Made by a program: the position numbers and the translations under genes. Below the pieces are notes generated by a model, which saw only the letters and a list, made by a program, of their open reading frames with translations, ran no database searches and was not told the origin of the DNA. 64,000 nt of DNA from an uncultured Planctomycetota bacterium (lineage in GTDB: Bacteria > Planctomycetota > Planctomycetia > Pirellulales > Lacipirellulaceae), in the NCBI GenBank assembly GCA_963719315.1, contig CAVRBU010000002.1:1600001-1664000 (forward strand). The letters are read 5' to 3'. Shown here piece by piece: positions 1-16,046 of the stretch. Each line of letters opens with the position of its first letter. Position 1 is the stretch's first letter.

Positions 1-3264
<3,264 letters not shown>

Positions 3265-3830
3265 GCGCTGGTCCCTCAACTTGATTCCGATAGCCACGTC
3301 AGCGACCAATTGCCAACTCGAATCCCCGGCTAAAATGCCAAGCGGCTTGATACCGAAGAGATTTCATGCGGAACGCTGCATCTAGGCAATAGGTGTGCGA
3401 AACAATAAGAACGGTAGAACGAAAGGGCGCAGTACAATGACCGCCAATGGGGCAGCGTAGTTAACGGCCACCGGCGTTCTTCATTTGTCGAACGCATGGT
3501 GAACGGGATCCTTCCGTACACCTACTTACGCCTTCGCCTAAGAAAAAAGGCGTCCGAGTTGCTAAACGCTTTAGCGCAAGAAGATTGATCTGCGACCAGA
3601 TATTTTCCAACAAGAGATTAGAGCAACCTGCAGGAGTAAATCAACCCTAATTGCATGCCAAGTCAACAACCGGAGAAAAAATATCTTCAGCGGATAGTAC
3701 GCAGCGAGAATTCTAGACTGGCGCGATTGAGCAGGCGGCCGTACTGCGACGAGTCACTGCTATTTCAGTACAGCAATTTGTCGCAGTCGTCTCCTATAAG
3801 AGAAGTTATTGAAGGATCGAGAATGCAAAC

Positions 3831-4818
3831 TCAAGTCCTCACGGCTTCACCGCTCTGCACCTTCGAATATTCCTCATGGATCCACCGATAAGTTTGCTCC
3901 ATGCCTTCGCGGAGCGTGATGCCGGAGCCCAGCCGAGAATTTGGATCGGGTGTTATCGCTGTTGCGGCCGTTCACGCCTTTCGGCGCCGACAGATTGTAC
4001 TTGTGCTTGAACTCGGACGCCGGCGATGTCTTCGACCATTTCCACCAGGCCGTTGATCGTCGTCAGCTCGTCCGAGCCAAGATTCAGCGGCTCCTCGATG
4101 TCGCTGTGCATGATCTTGATCGATGCCTTCGACACAGTCGTCGATGTACATGAAGCTACGGGTCTGTTTGCCGTCGCCCCAGATTTCGATTTCTTTCTTG
4201 CCGGTTTCACTCGCATTAATGATCTTGCGGCAAATCGCGGCCGGCGCTTTTTCGCGTCCGCCATCCCAGGTGCCGTGCGGACCATAGACGTTATGGAACC
4301 GCGCCACGCGCGTTATCAGGCCGTAGTCCTCGCGGAAGTGGCGGCACATCCGTTCGGAGAACAACTTCTCCCAACCGTAACCATCTTCTGGCATTGCCGG
4401 ATAGGCGTCGTTTCCTTGAGCGGCACGACATCTTCATTTCTGCTTGTCCGCGTTGTAGACGCACGCGCTGCAGGCGTAGAAGAACCGACCGACTTTGGCT
4501 TCGTGCGCGGCTTGAAGCAAGTGCGTGTTGATCAACACGCTCAGCATGCACAGCGCATTGTTATTTTCGATGAAGCCCATGCCGCCCATATCGGCGGCCA
4601 AGTTGTAGACCTCACTCGCCCCGCGGCAGGCCGCCGAGCACGCATCGCGAATTTCAGATCGGCCACCACATTCTCGACGTCGTCAAACGTTGGTACCATT
4701 CTCGAGTGGCTTGACATCCACGCTGCGAATCCGCGTGAAGCCTTGTCTCGCAGCGCGCGACCAGATGTCCTCCGATAAAACCCCCACCCCCCGCAACTAG
4801 TATCAGCTTATCGCTCAT
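3831..4818 (-). CDS. NAD-dependent epimerase, GDP-mannose 3,5-epimerase-like (several frameshifts)
   Basis: ILVAGGGGFIGGHL Rossmann motif, NLAADMGGMGFI, SACVY, YGWEK, RFHNVYGPHGTWDGGREKAPAAICRK, IWGDGKQTRSFMYIDDCVEG. Confidence 0.85.
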
Positions 4819-5063
4819 TCAAGTACCCTGTTGATAAAAATGCTATCACGACTCAAGATGATTAAGACCTACAACAATGACATTACAAGCCAACTCGCAA
4901 ACCCGGACGATCACCGCACGGACGGGCGAATCGACGATTTTTTACTCCATTTTACCACCGTGTCAACAACTTACCAAACAATCGGTGCCTACGGCGTCAA
5001 TATCCTTCCCACCGCTACGGTGCGACATGCCGTTGCGTCCCCGGTTGGCCCGGCCTCATTTTC

Positions 5064-5092
5064 TTGACACTGTTTTGGGGCACCGCTAGGAT
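5064..5092 (+). promoter_or_regulatory. Putative sigma70 promoter for the wbaP operon
   Basis: TTGACA-17 nt-TAGGAT. Confidence 0.5.
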
Positions 5093-5511
5093 TTACAGAG
5101 CCGAGAGGCAATTGGCTGATGCCGCTATTCGCCTAGATTAAGCGGGGCAATCGGGGCGATGGAAACGTCACTCTTACGGTCCACAAGCTTTCGGGCACGT
5201 AATTGGTCAACCTACGTCTCTGGCCACCCCCGGCAGCCGTGACCCGATAATTTCATCGATTACCTTTTCTGTGATAGCCATTGCTAAGTGCTAGAATTGC
5301 GGCACGGCATTGTAACGATATTACTCATGATTCGTGTGCCGAGTTTCGGTCCTCCGGAGCGATTCTCCTGCACGCAAACCATTGCCCGCCGCTTGAGGCA
5401 GGCGGCAAGATTCATGACCGACATCTTTTGCAATAGACCAAGAATCGGCGGAGATTGGCCATGGGTCGCAGGGAGGGTTATGCAGGCGCCGATCATCAAG
5501 GAGTTCAGGCT

Positions 5512-7092
5512 GTGAAGACCCAGACCGAAGCGACAGAGGATGATATCGGGACGGCCACATTGAGCGCATCCGGCGTGGGCCGGGGCCTATTCCAATCCCA
5601 CATGCGCTACAGTCCGACGGCGGACGAGGCCGACGAAAGTAGCGTTCGTTTGGCCGCTGCCGGATGGCGGGCATTCTCGCGCAAGGTTGGCGCTCAATAC
5701 AGCTTACAGGTCATTCTCAATAGCCTGCCGCTGCTGGCGATGGATATTCTGGCCCTGACCGCGACAATCGCAGCTTGCCGGATCGCGTTCTTTCAGATGG
5801 GTATCCTCGTTGGAATGGACGTATCTGCGTGCCTGTTTCCCATCGCGACTGGTTTCGTTCTACTGAATTTCGAGCTAGGTCTCTATCCGGGCGTGCGACT
5901 GAGTCCGGTTGAGGAATTGCGGCGATTGGTGGTTTCCGTAACTTGCATGTTTGTCGTCTGGGCGGTTGGAGTAGCCGTCTTAAAGCAATCGCTGGGCATT
6001 CAAAGTTGGTTCTTGTTAGTGGTGTATTTCGCCTGCCTCTTCGTGTTGCCCGTTTGCCGCAGTTGGCTGCGCCATTTGCTTGGCAAGTATACGCGCTGGG
6101 GCATTCCGGCGCTCGTGTGCGGAGACGAGGCGGCAACCGTCCGCGTCTATCGGTGGCTCGCCGACAATCATCATTTAGGGTTGCGTCCGGTCGGCGTGAT
6201 TGGTGACCGGAAGACGCTTGATGTCGGTCCCGGCGACTCATGGTACGCCGGGTCGTGGAACGAAACGGAGGAAATCGCGGAAAAACGGCGGGTATTCTGG
6301 GCTGTTGTGGTCCCTTCTGAAGATAAGCCAGCCGCGACTTCCTCGCACCTAGCCGACCACCTCTATACGATTCCGCAGGTTCATGTGTTATCCGAGCTGA
6401 CGGGTCTGCCGGACCACTGGAATCCGCAACAACTCGATGGCCTCACCGGCATCCATTTGCAACAGAACCTGATGCTGCCGCTGCCGCAGTTGACGAAACG
6501 CTGCATGGATTTTGCCCTTGCGATTATTGGCGGCCTATTTTTGCTTCCATTGTTTTTCTATTTGGCAGTTGCGGTAAAGCTGTCGTCGCGCGGGCCAATC
6601 CTGTACGGCCATAAGCGGATCGGTCGCTACGGCAAGTCCTTTAAGGCCTGGAAGTTTCGCACAATGTTCGAGGATTCCAACTTGGTTTTGGATCAGTACC
6701 TGGAAGCCAATCCCGAGTTGCAGGAAGAATGGCAGCGCGACCACAAACTGCGATTTGATCCCCGCGTCACGCGCATCGGACGATTCCTGCGCAAGACCAG
6801 CCTCGACGAGTTGCCGCAACTTTGGAATGTGATCCAGGGCGATATGAGCCTGGTCGGACCGCGGCCCATCGTCACCGACGAGATCGTCAAGTACGGCCGC
6901 TACTATGGTTTGTACACGATGGTCAAGCCGGGCATCACCGGACTGTGGCAGGTTTCCGGCCGAAACAACACGACCTACGATGAGCGTGTCCAGCTCGACG
7001 GTTACTACGTTCGCAACTGGTCGCCGTGGATCGATGTCGTGCTGCTTCTGAAGACGATCCGTATCGTGTTGTGCGCACGGGGTGCATATTGA
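5512..7092 (+). CDS. wbaP: Undecaprenyl-phosphate sugar phosphotransferase (priming glycosyltransferase, WbaP-type)
   Basis: AAGGAG then GTG at 5512; N-terminal TM helices; [51 protein letters not shown]. Confidence 0.9.
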   Translation: MKTQTEATEDDIGTATLSASGVGRGLFQSHMRYSPTADEADESSVRLAAAGWRAFSRKVGAQYSLQVILNSLPLLAMDILALTATIAACRIAFFQMGILVGMDVSACLFPIATGFVLLNFELGLYPGVRLSPVEELRRLVVSVTCMFVVWAVGVAVLKQSLGIQSWFLLVVYFACLFVLPVCRSWLRHLLGKYTRWGIPALVCGDEAATVRVYRWLADNHHLGLRPVGVIGDRKTLDVGPGDSWYAGSWNETEEIAEKRRVFWAVVVPSEDKPAATSSHLADHLYTIPQVHVLSELTGLPDHWNPQQLDGLTGIHLQQNLMLPLPQLTKRCMDFALAIIGGLFLLPLFFYLAVAVKLSSRGPILYGHKRIGRYGKSFKAWKFRTMFEDSNLVLDQYLEANPELQEEWQRDHKLRFDPRVTRIGRFLRKTSLDELPQLWNVIQGDMSLVGPRPIVTDEIVKYGRYYGLYTMVKPGITGLWQVSGRNNTTYDERVQLDGYYVRNWSPWIDVVLLLKTIRIVLCARGAY

Positions 7093-8295
7093 CCGGCAAC
7101 CTTTATCGGGACAATCGGCCCGGACTGGCGATAATCGCTAACGTGCTGACGCCGTACCGCATCAATCTTCATAGGTTGATCGCGGTGGGTATTCCCGAGT
7201 TGAAACTTCAGACGCTCGTGACGCACGGCCCCGATGACTTCGCTTGGGATTTACAGCCGCCCGAATCAATTCATGTCCGCTTTTTTGGTTCCAAAGATGA
7301 TTCGCCGACTGCCCGCATGTTTCGCAGGCCGATCTCGGAATGGCGAAAGGGCCGGAGACTTATCGAGTATCTGAGGCAAAACGACATTCGGGCCGTCATC
7401 ATGTCGGGTTATCGTTACATCTCATATCTCCACACGATTCGTTACTGCGGCTTAAACCGTCTCCCATTGTTCGTCAACAACGACAGCAATATCCGCGGCG
7501 ACCGGCGGCTCTCGGCTACGAAACGACGCGTGAAGAAGCAGCTTTATTCCTGGTGGTTGCGGCGCTCGTCAGGTGTCATGTCAATGGGGGATTATGGCGA
7601 CCAGTTTTTCACGTACTACGGCGCCGATCCGAGCCGGATATATCGCGTGCCCTGTTGGCCCGATTATGACGCTTTTGCACACGTGAACACCCAACGATTA
7701 CATCAATTCCGTCAGAAATTCGGATTACTTCCCGACCGGAAGTTTATTCTCTTTAGCGGTCGCCTCGTGGCACTAAAGCGCGTAGACTTGCTCATCGACG
7801 CCTTTGCCGCCATCGCTGCCCAGCGGCCGGATTGGGACTTGCTGATCGTGGGCGATGGCGTTTTGCGCGACGAGCTACAGTGCCGCGTACCTGTCTCATT
7901 GCGGCAGCAGCTTTGCCTGGACTGGCTTTTTGGATGGGCCGGAGATCGCCCTTGCGTATCATGCTGCGGAGGTTTTGGTAGTGCCGAGCGACCGAGACGC
8001 GTGGGGACTCGTGGTGCTGGAAGCGATGGCAGCCGGCTTGACCGTGGTCGCCAGCGACGTTGTCGGGGCTTCGCACGAACTGGTAACCGACGGTGTCAGT
8101 GGCAGGATTTTTGCAACTGGTGATTGCGAATCGCTAGGGCAAGCCCTCCAGGACGTAACGCACCAAGATCACATCGCGTCGTATAAACAACAGGCAACAG
8201 CGGCCTTGCATCAATATCGCCAAAGAGTAGATCCGGTGGCCGAGATTCGCCGGGCTCTGATGAACGTCGGCGTTCTAAAACATTCCCGCACCTGA
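7089..8295 (+). CDS. Glycosyltransferase family 4 (frameshift near 7905)
   Basis: FSGRLVALKRVDLLI; VVPSDRDAWGLVVLEAMAAG; start overlaps wbaP stop. Confidence 0.85.
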
Positions 8296-8327
8296 ATAAA
8301 CGATAAATACAAGTTCCCTTCTGTCAA

Positions 8328-9743
8328 ATGCCCCATAGCGACCCACTAGTTCCATTCGGTATTGCCATCATTATTATTGTTGGCTTGTTTATCGCGATAC
8401 CTTTTCTTCGTCGGAAAAGCGATCTCCTGACCAGTTGGAATACGCTGCTTCTGGGCTTTATCATTTTTGCGGGTCTCGGATCCATTGAGGTAAATCGTGT
8501 TCCCTATTTTAGTTTTGAACAATTAGAATTGGTTTCAACCTTCCGCGAAGGAAGTGCATTGGTACATGATGGCCGTAACGGCATTCATCGTGACTCTACT
8601 GGCCTCCTACTACTTTAATTCACCGGCAAAGAGATTTGCACAGAAAAGGCTTCGGAATTGGCCCGAGTTGAGGGAGCCGCTGACATTTTTTGTACTCGGA
8701 ATTTGTTTTATTGTCATTGCGGCATCAATTGTTTTTCGGCGCATACCTTTGTCGGTCCGGCGACGTTTAATTTGGCGGTGGCAGGGTTACCCGCCACATG
8801 TGTTCTTAGTTTCGCCCTTTGGGATCGAAATCGGCTTAATCCGGGTTGGCTATTTCTCTTTATCGGCGTGTTCGTTTCCGCGGCGGTTTACGCTATGATT
8901 GTCAGCGGTGGTCGGCGACTCTTGCTGGCATTGTTTCTTGCACCCTTACTGTATCTTTATTGGAGCCGCGTGCGATATTGGAAGCCGTCGCGGGTGTTGG
9001 CGGCGACCGCATTCGCTGGCGTACTGATACTGGCCGTTAGCGTATTGTATTCAAATTTTCGCTTTTACAATGCGCACACACGTGAAAATCGAACGGCCAC
9101 TGGAGTTCTTTACCGATTAAGTAAGCTTCGGCAGGGGGTGATGTATTCGATCTGTTTTTAAGAAATCGGCTGAACTATCTTTCGCAAAGTAATGCCCATT
9201 ATTCGCTGCTGGCACAAGGTACATTGCCCGAGGCGAGTTGACTCCCGTACCACTCAATACTTTAAGATTCCTCGTCTGCTACCCAATTCCCCGCAAGATT
9301 TGGCCCGGCAAACCCGAAGTGGTTGGATTGACGATGCCTCGTGACGTGGCCCATCTATCCTCGAATTCGGGAGTTGGAATCGCCGGTCATGGGGCCTACG
9401 AAGGGGGTGTTCTCGCACTGATGTTATACGCCTTCTTATTGGCCTTCGGCGTGCGGATTCTGGACGAACCACTACGACTGCAACCGGCCAATCCGTTTCT
9501 CGTCTACATGCAGGCGAGTGCTATGCCTCATTTGGTGGCGATGCCACGCGGTGACCTTGGTATTATGGTGGCCAATGTGGCCCAAAGTGTTTTATTTTAC
9601 TATTTTTCTGCTTCTTGGGATTAGTGTGCCGAGTTTTCTTCGGCACCAGAAAACAATCAGTGACTTTGCCCACCCAGACTCCGGTGCAAAGGGGTTTCGG
9701 TCCAGGGCAGCGGGTCGCTCGAATCCCCGGGGCCAGGTTCTGA
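8328..9743 (+). CDS. Multi-TM polysaccharide polymerase (Wzy-like), fragmented by frameshifts
   Basis: Consecutive hydrophobic fragments (8328-8618, 8554-8898, 8658-9161, 9238-9624) with SGGRR and YPIPRKIWPGKP motifs; EPS context. Confidence 0.6.
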
Positions 9744-9953
9744 AGCATTGACGGTTAAGAATCTCTTCGAAGTAACGGTCAAAGACGATTGCGGCAATTT
9801 GCACGCGAACGTTTTTGTCGTGAGCAGCTTTTTTGCCCAATGGCGAGTTCGCTGAAGTGGGCAGTCGGAGCAGTGCAACTATTTGCAATCTTCTCTTAAG
9901 CGCGGGATCATTCGGCGATAGGGTTGGAACTCCGCATTCGTGATCGGAACATC

Positions 9954-11169
9954 GATGCCTAACGACCCTTCCATGTCCGCCTCGGATCTTCGAAAGTTGG
10001 ATTCCCCTGTCGTGGCCATTGGACCGCTCCTCCGCCCGTTACAGGATGACGCTGTCACCGCAAAGTCGTCGAGCGATCCCGGGAACCGGTCAGGTCGAGA
10101 TTTTGAACATGACGCCTCGGCCAATCACAACCTGGCTCGTCTTTCGTGCAAGCGATTTCTGCGCACGCTGCTTGCTTCTCGGCGACTATTGCTGCGCGGC
10201 CGCGCCGGAAACGCCCGTTTATACGTCACCGCCAATTCAAAGGAGGGACTTTTGACGACCCTCGCCCTGGTAATCGCGGGGCGGCTACTCGGATACCCGG
10301 TTTACTTGCATCACCATACATATTTCTATATCGATCGGTACGATTGGCGAATGGCATTGATCGACCGTGCTATGGGCGAACGCGGCGTGCATGTCGTCCA
10401 TTGTCCGCAAATGGCGGCTGACTTTCGCTCCCAATACGATACCAGGCTCTCTTTCCATTACGTTGTTCCAGTATTTTTTCATTGCCGTTGGCGTCGCAGC
10501 CCAGGCAGCAGCGGTGCCGATGCGGCTTGGACACGTCGGAAACTTGTCGCTCGAAAAGGGGTTAGAGCTGGTGCTACAAACGTTACGCGAATTGCTGAAA
10601 GCGGGAAGCCAAGTCCGACTCCGTCTGGCCGGCCCTTGTTTCACCGCTGCTGCCGAGCGACTGGTCAATGAGGCGTTGCGAGAGTTTCCCGATCACATCG
10701 AGTATCTGGGCCCAGTTTACCGGCGCGAAAAACTTGATTTCTTCAGTGCGATCGATTGCTTCCTGTTTCCGTCGCGCAGCGAATCGTGGGGCATCGTGCT
10801 CAATGAAGCTATGGCTGCCGGTGTGCCGGTCATTTCTAGCCGGCACGGCTGTATTTCAACCCAAGTCGGCGAACATGCCGGCCTCGTAATCGACGATCCA
10901 AGGAATTTGTGCCGCGTGCTGTCAAGCAGATCGTGCATTGGATCGGCGATCCAGAAACGTATCGCGCTGCGTCGCTGGCGGCTGTCGAGCGAGCCGATGC
11001 TCTTGATCGCGAAGGGGATCTCACGCTCGACCGGTTTGTCGAGCATTTGAGGTCCGCAGAGTCAGAAGTATCGAATCGCCGGCCAACGTTTAAACAGCGT
11101 GTCGTTGTCCGCGCCGGAGAGCTGTGGTCTTGTCGCCCCGGCACGCCGCCAGTGCTACCTTCGCCTTGA
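9954..11169 (+). CDS. Glycosyltransferase family 4 (frameshifted; last ~17 codons IS-derived)
   Basis: VAIGP(L)PPVTG-like start, YLHHH, GNLSLEKG, FLFPSRSESWGIVLNEAMAAGVPVI. Confidence 0.8.
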
Positions 11170-11282
11170 ACGCACCGCTAAAACTCCGTCGCTTCCGAGC
11201 CATCCTCCGAACCTCCTGATAGGCCATCCCACAGCGGGGATTTTATACCTTATCAGGGCCCCAGTTTTTGGGGTCCACCTCA
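11120..11282 (-). mobile_element. IS3-family left-end remnant with first 28 codons of OrfA
   Basis: Minus strand begins TGAGGTGGACCCCAAAAACTGGGG (5'-TG end); GGAGG RBS; ATG at 11203 encodes MARKRRSFSGAFKAKVALAACRGDKTTA, an IS3 OrfA HTH start. Confidence 0.8.
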
Positions 11283-11588
11283 GTTGCCCCGTTTACCACG
11301 CCAACGCAAGGCTGCGGACCGGCTGCTGGAATACGTTGCTTCGCTTCGGGAGATGATTCGCTACCCAGAGTTCCGCGAGCGCGGTTGGCAAATCGGCTCT
11401 GGCCCGACCGAGGCCCAATGCAAACTGACCGTCGGTCGCTTGAAAGGTCGCTCGCGGCGCTGGGATCGGCCCAACGCAGCCGCTGTGACTGCCCTCGATT
11501 CACTCGAACGGAGCGGTCAATGGCACATTTACTTCCCAAACCCTTCTACCGCCGCCGCTTAACCACCGCCAGAAGTTTGGGCAGACCC
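11283..11588 (+). mobile_element. 3' remnant of ISKra4/ISLre2-like (IS256/Mutator-related) transposase with right end
   Basis: LLEYV..REMIRYPEFRERGWQIGSGPTEAQCKLTVGRLKGRSRRW; stop at 11562 followed by end-like ccagaagtttgggcagaccc. Confidence 0.75.
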
Positions 11589-11717
11589 GCACGAGGCTGG
11601 TATTTGACGCGGCCCCGCCATTAATTCATAATGAAATATCCTAAGCGAAGCCTCTTTTGAAGCCGAAGTGAACCGGATCTACGGTGCCTCTCGGACCGCT
11701 TGCGAGGGAGCGGCAGC

Positions 11718-13144
11718 GTGATCTTTAACAGCTTCACTTTCCTCATCTTTCTCGGAATCTTTCTCGCCTGCTATTTCGCCACGCGTGGAAGCGTCCGTCT
11801 ATCGGTATGCCTGGCCGGTAGCTAACCTTCTACGGCTGGTGGGATTACCGATTTCTTACGCTCATCATCGTTTCAACGTTGATTGACTATTTCATCGCCT
11901 TGGCGCTTGAGCGTACGGAGAACCCGAAGATGCGAAGACTGCAAATCACGCTCAGTCTTTGCGCAAATCTGGGCCTCTTGGGTTTCTTTAAGTACTTCAA
12001 TTTTTTTGTTGTCTCATTTTACCACGTCGCTCAAACACTGGGCCTCGCCGGAAATGTCTCGACGTTGAACATCATTCTACCAGTCGGAATTTCCTTCTAT
12101 ACGTTTCAGACAATGAGCTACGGCATCGACGTGTACCGCAAAGAAATACGCGCGGAACACAGCCTACTGCGATTCGCAACCTTTGTGGCTTTTTTCCCGC
12201 AACTTGTCGCTGGGCCAATCGTGCGAGCACGTGATTTCATACCCCAGCTCTACGTGGACCATCCTTTTGATTGGGAGCGAACGATCTCCGGCATTGGACT
12301 GGTGCTCGTCGGCTATTTCAAAAAAATCGTGATAGCGGACGGTGCAGCTTTGGTTGTCGATCGTGTGTTTGCCGATCCCTCGTTACAGTCGTCGCTGAGT
12401 CTGATAATTGGAATTGTGCTATATGCGTTCCAGATCTATTGCGACTTTTCCGGTTACTCGGATATCGCCATTGGGTTGGCCCGAATTATGGGTTTCGATT
12501 TCCCTGTCAACTTCCTAACCCCGTATATTTCTACGAGCTTCAGTGAATTCTGGCATCGCTGGCATATCTCACTCTCGACGTGGCTGAAAGACTACCTATA
12601 CATTCCGCTGGGCGGGAACCGTCATGGTAGGTTTAACACGTACCGCAACCTCATGATTACCATGCTGCTCGGAGGGCTCTGGCACGGCGACGACTGGAAG
12701 TTCGTTATTTGGGGCGGACTTCATGGTACGTATCTTGTGCTCCAACGCTTCACCGGCAATTTCTGGCATCGCATTAAGTATGCTCTGCGTTTGCCCAATT
12801 GGCTTAACGACGCAATACTTGTGATACTCGTCTTCTCTCTCACCTGCGTTGCCTGGTTTTTCTTTCGGGCGGATTCGGCGGCCGACGCCTGGAAAATGCT
12901 GACGCGAATTGTCAGGCTGGAAGATTTTCGCTTGGCATCAATCCGAAATCAAATATTAGTTGCCAAATCGTTATTCGTTATCATGCTACTCCTAGTCGCG
13001 GAATCTGCGAATCGGCGATTTAACCTCCGCAAGCTTCTGCTGGGATCTCCTGCCTTTTGTGTCTTGGCGTTCTCCGCACTCCTCTGGTCGATCGTATTGT
13101 TCGGCGTCTTTGGGAACAACCAATTCATTTACTTCCAATTCTGA
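11718..13144 (+). CDS. MBOAT family O-acyltransferase (AlgI/PatA-like); frameshift near 11825
   Basis: GTG start MIFNSFTFLIF; FYGWWDYRF, LPVGISFYTFQ, FPQLVAGPI, YCDFSGYSD, FWHRWHISLS, GLWHG. Confidence 0.9.
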
Positions 13145-13154
13145 GCACCTTGCC

Positions 13155-14034
13155 ATGAATCGCTGGGGAATTATTTTCCTTACAATCGTTACTTTTTTCG
13201 TCGGCGATCGACTTGGGGCCTACGTTTTGGAAAGATTGCTCTACAGAAGCCCGCAGCGTTTTCCATCGATGTACGAAGGAAATTTTGACGCGGATGTCGT
13301 TTGTATTGGAAATTCTCGCGGGCTTTATGGGTTTGATTTGGAGCTGGTTAAAGAGCGTACCGGCCGACCAATAGTGAACCTCAGCCACAACGGGATGACG
13401 CCGCGGATTGCCCGCGCAATCTTCGCCGATTATCTGGCCCACAACCGAAAACCAAAAACTCTCATCGTCGAACTATCCTTCCTGACCTCGCAAACTTCTT
13501 CCGCAACAGTCCTCGACTACAAGCCATTCTGGAATCGATCCAAACGCTTGCGAGAGCTTGGCGCAACGTTTAGCAGCGATTCTATCATCGCGTGCAGTCT
13601 TCTGCATCTCTATCGATATAACAGCGAGATGTACTTTCGCGCCATTTACTACTGGCTTCGCGGCAAGAGCGATCAGAACGGCTTCATGAACTTTCAAATA
13701 ACTTCCGATCTCATCGCTGAAACTGAAGAATTGCAGCCGTTTCGTCTGCAAATTGATTCGGAGGAGCTCGCGGCACTGAAAGAATTGATCCAAACTCCGC
13801 ACGAGAGTGGCGTGACTGTCCGACCGGTCTTGGCACCGTACTTTCCAGCTTATGCTAACCGGATCACTAATTTGGACGATTTTCTAGCGGAGTTCACTCG
13901 AGCAACTGGCCTGGGTGCGATCGATTGTTCGCGCCGAGAATCAGTCCAGCCACTTTGCCGATCGCGTGCACATGAACCGTTCTGGTGCACAAGACTTTAC
14001 GAAATCGCTGATCCAGCAGGGTGCTTTCGATTAG
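13155..14034 (+). CDS. SGNH-like periplasmic partner of the MBOAT (AlgJ/PatB/DUF1574-like); frameshift near 13935
   Basis: N-terminal TM anchor, IGNSRG block, NLSHNG; FADRVHMN (DxxH) in the shifted frame, ending TAG 14034. Confidence 0.65.
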
Positions 14035-14080
14035 CAAAACCGGTCGATGCCCCGATTAACGTACGGCATGACGACTCCGT

Positions 14081-14878
14081 TCATGACCAAAAAATGCCGC
14101 AACGGCCCCGTTTTTGTCGCTCATCGGCGCTGCGACAAAGACAAAACTGAAATGGCGCGAATCGGCGAAGAGGCCCGCGGCGGGAAGCACGGTCGAGGAT
14201 ATAAACCACTGGCAGCACCGGATATTTGTACAACGCACGCGGCACGTGAACATGCCCAACCTGCTGCACGCACTCTAATCCCGCCTCGGCGATCCAACGC
14301 CGCATTTCCGTCGGGCGTTCCCACCGCGAATAGACAGCTTGCGCAATCGCCTTGCGGCGCTCGTTGATCCTTCGTGCAGCCGGCCAGTAGAAGCTGTGCA
14401 GATTGGCATGGTTGAACAGCAGCGTCGCACAGGGCCGGGTCACACGCGCCAGTTGTTGCAACGCATCGCCCGGTCGCTCCAAATGGTTGAATACGTTGAG
14501 CGATATCGTGTGATCGAAGGAATTGTCCTCGAAGGGCAATTCGTAAATCGATCCCTCGACATATGCCTCCACACCATCACCGGCTCCGGCCTCGACAATT
14601 TTCTGCCGGGCTTCAGCCAGCATTTGCGGTGAAATGTCAGCCAACGTTAACCGATTATGCTTTTGCAATAAGGGTATAGAGAACCTCGCGGTACCCGACC
14701 CGACCTCCAATATGGAGCCATTTTGCCGATCAGCGCACAGCGATTGCAGAATCAATTGTTGGGCACGATTCGTGAACGCACCACCTTTGCTGGCCCAGCG
14801 TTGGCGATCATACGTCTTGCTATCGACGTTGTAAAACGAGCGGTTCGACGATTCGCCGATTGGTGCGCCGTCTGTCAC
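14081..14878 (-). CDS. Class I SAM-dependent methyltransferase
   Basis: ILEVGSGTARF, ADISPQML, GSIYELPFEDNSFD; start overlaps upstream GT4 stop. Confidence 0.85.
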   Translation of the reverse strand: MTDGAPIGESSNRSFYNVDSKTYDRQRWASKGGAFTNRAQQLILQSLCADRQNGSILEVGSGTARFSIPLLQKHNRLTLADISPQMLAEARQKIVEAGAGDGVEAYVEGSIYELPFEDNSFDHTISLNVFNHLERPGDALQQLARVTRPCATLLFNHANLHSFYWPAARRINERRKAIAQAVYSRWERPTEMRRWIAEAGLECVQQVGHVHVPRALYKYPVLPVVYILDRASRRGPLRRFAPFQFCLCRSADERQKRGRCGIFWS

Positions 14879-16046
14879 GATGTGATCCTCCGGTAGACTG
14901 CTTCTTGAGCATTGAAAATCGAGACTGGGCAAAAATGCTCTTGCACGTAGGCCCGAGCGTTGGCTCCGGTTCTAAGTCGCAGTACCTTGTCCGCGAGAAA
15001 ATCGCGCATCCCGGCCGCGATCGACGCATCATCGTGCGGATCCACCAACCGTCCCACGTTGTTCGACACAACTTCGGGCATCCCGCCTACATTCGAGACG
15101 ACGACCGGTTTGCCGCTGGCCATCGCCTCCAACACGGCCATGAAGTAATCCGACGGTCCATACGAATTCAGGAACGGCGCCACCAACAGGTCGCATGCTT
15201 GCATCAGCGCCGGCATGTTGTTCACGATTCCCTTTTGGATTATGCAGGAATCCAACTTCAAATCATGGACCGCCTGCGCCAAATTCGCAAGATCGGTGTC
15301 CGACGCAGTATGCTTCAGTTCCGTCGTAATGATAACTTTGATATTGGGAAATTCGTGCCGCAATCGATGAATTGCCCGCAGCATGCCGATAGCGTTTTTT
15401 TGCGGCTTGGCGTTGCCGACAAAGAGCACGACCATTTCGTCGTCGGCGATCCCCAATTCCCGTCGCGCTGTCTGCCCTTCAACCGGGTGCGAAAACCGCT
15501 CCGCGTCTAGCGCGGGACGAATCACCTCCACATCCCGAATTCCATAATCGGCCAGTGACGTGGCCGTGTTGTTGCTGACCGCGCCTCGCCAGTCGAGGCC
15601 ATTCGCCCAGCGCTTGATCAAGGCGTGGACAATGGGAAGCCGCCATCTGCCAGTTGGCGAATCGGACAATACATCGTGTGAAGCGTGGGCAATCCCACTT
15701 TCGACTTAAGTCGGCCCGATATCAGATAGTAATCGGCAAATCCACTATGAACGTGCACAACATCAAAGTCATCGCGGCGCTGCCTCACCCATTGGACGGC
15801 CGCTCGGCAAAGCGTGAGGCCAAATCGCGCAGTTCCCGTTTTCGCGTGGGCAAACAAGCTGTAAGCCGTCGGACCATCGCTGATCTCGACCGGACCACAG
15901 TGACCTCCGATGTACGATAAAATGGTCACTTCTTCGCCGGCTTGATGCTGCGCCAATGCAAGTGACATTACGCACGAAGCATGCCCCCCAACTACCGTAC
16001 GGCCGCCAAAATACGGGAACTGCGGAGTGATGTGCAGTATCCGCAT
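14875..16046 (-). CDS. Glycosyltransferase family 4 (frameshift near 15660)
   Basis: MRILHITP, DVVHVH, FVGNAKPQKN, VLEAMASGKPVVVSNVGGMPEVV. Confidence 0.85.
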
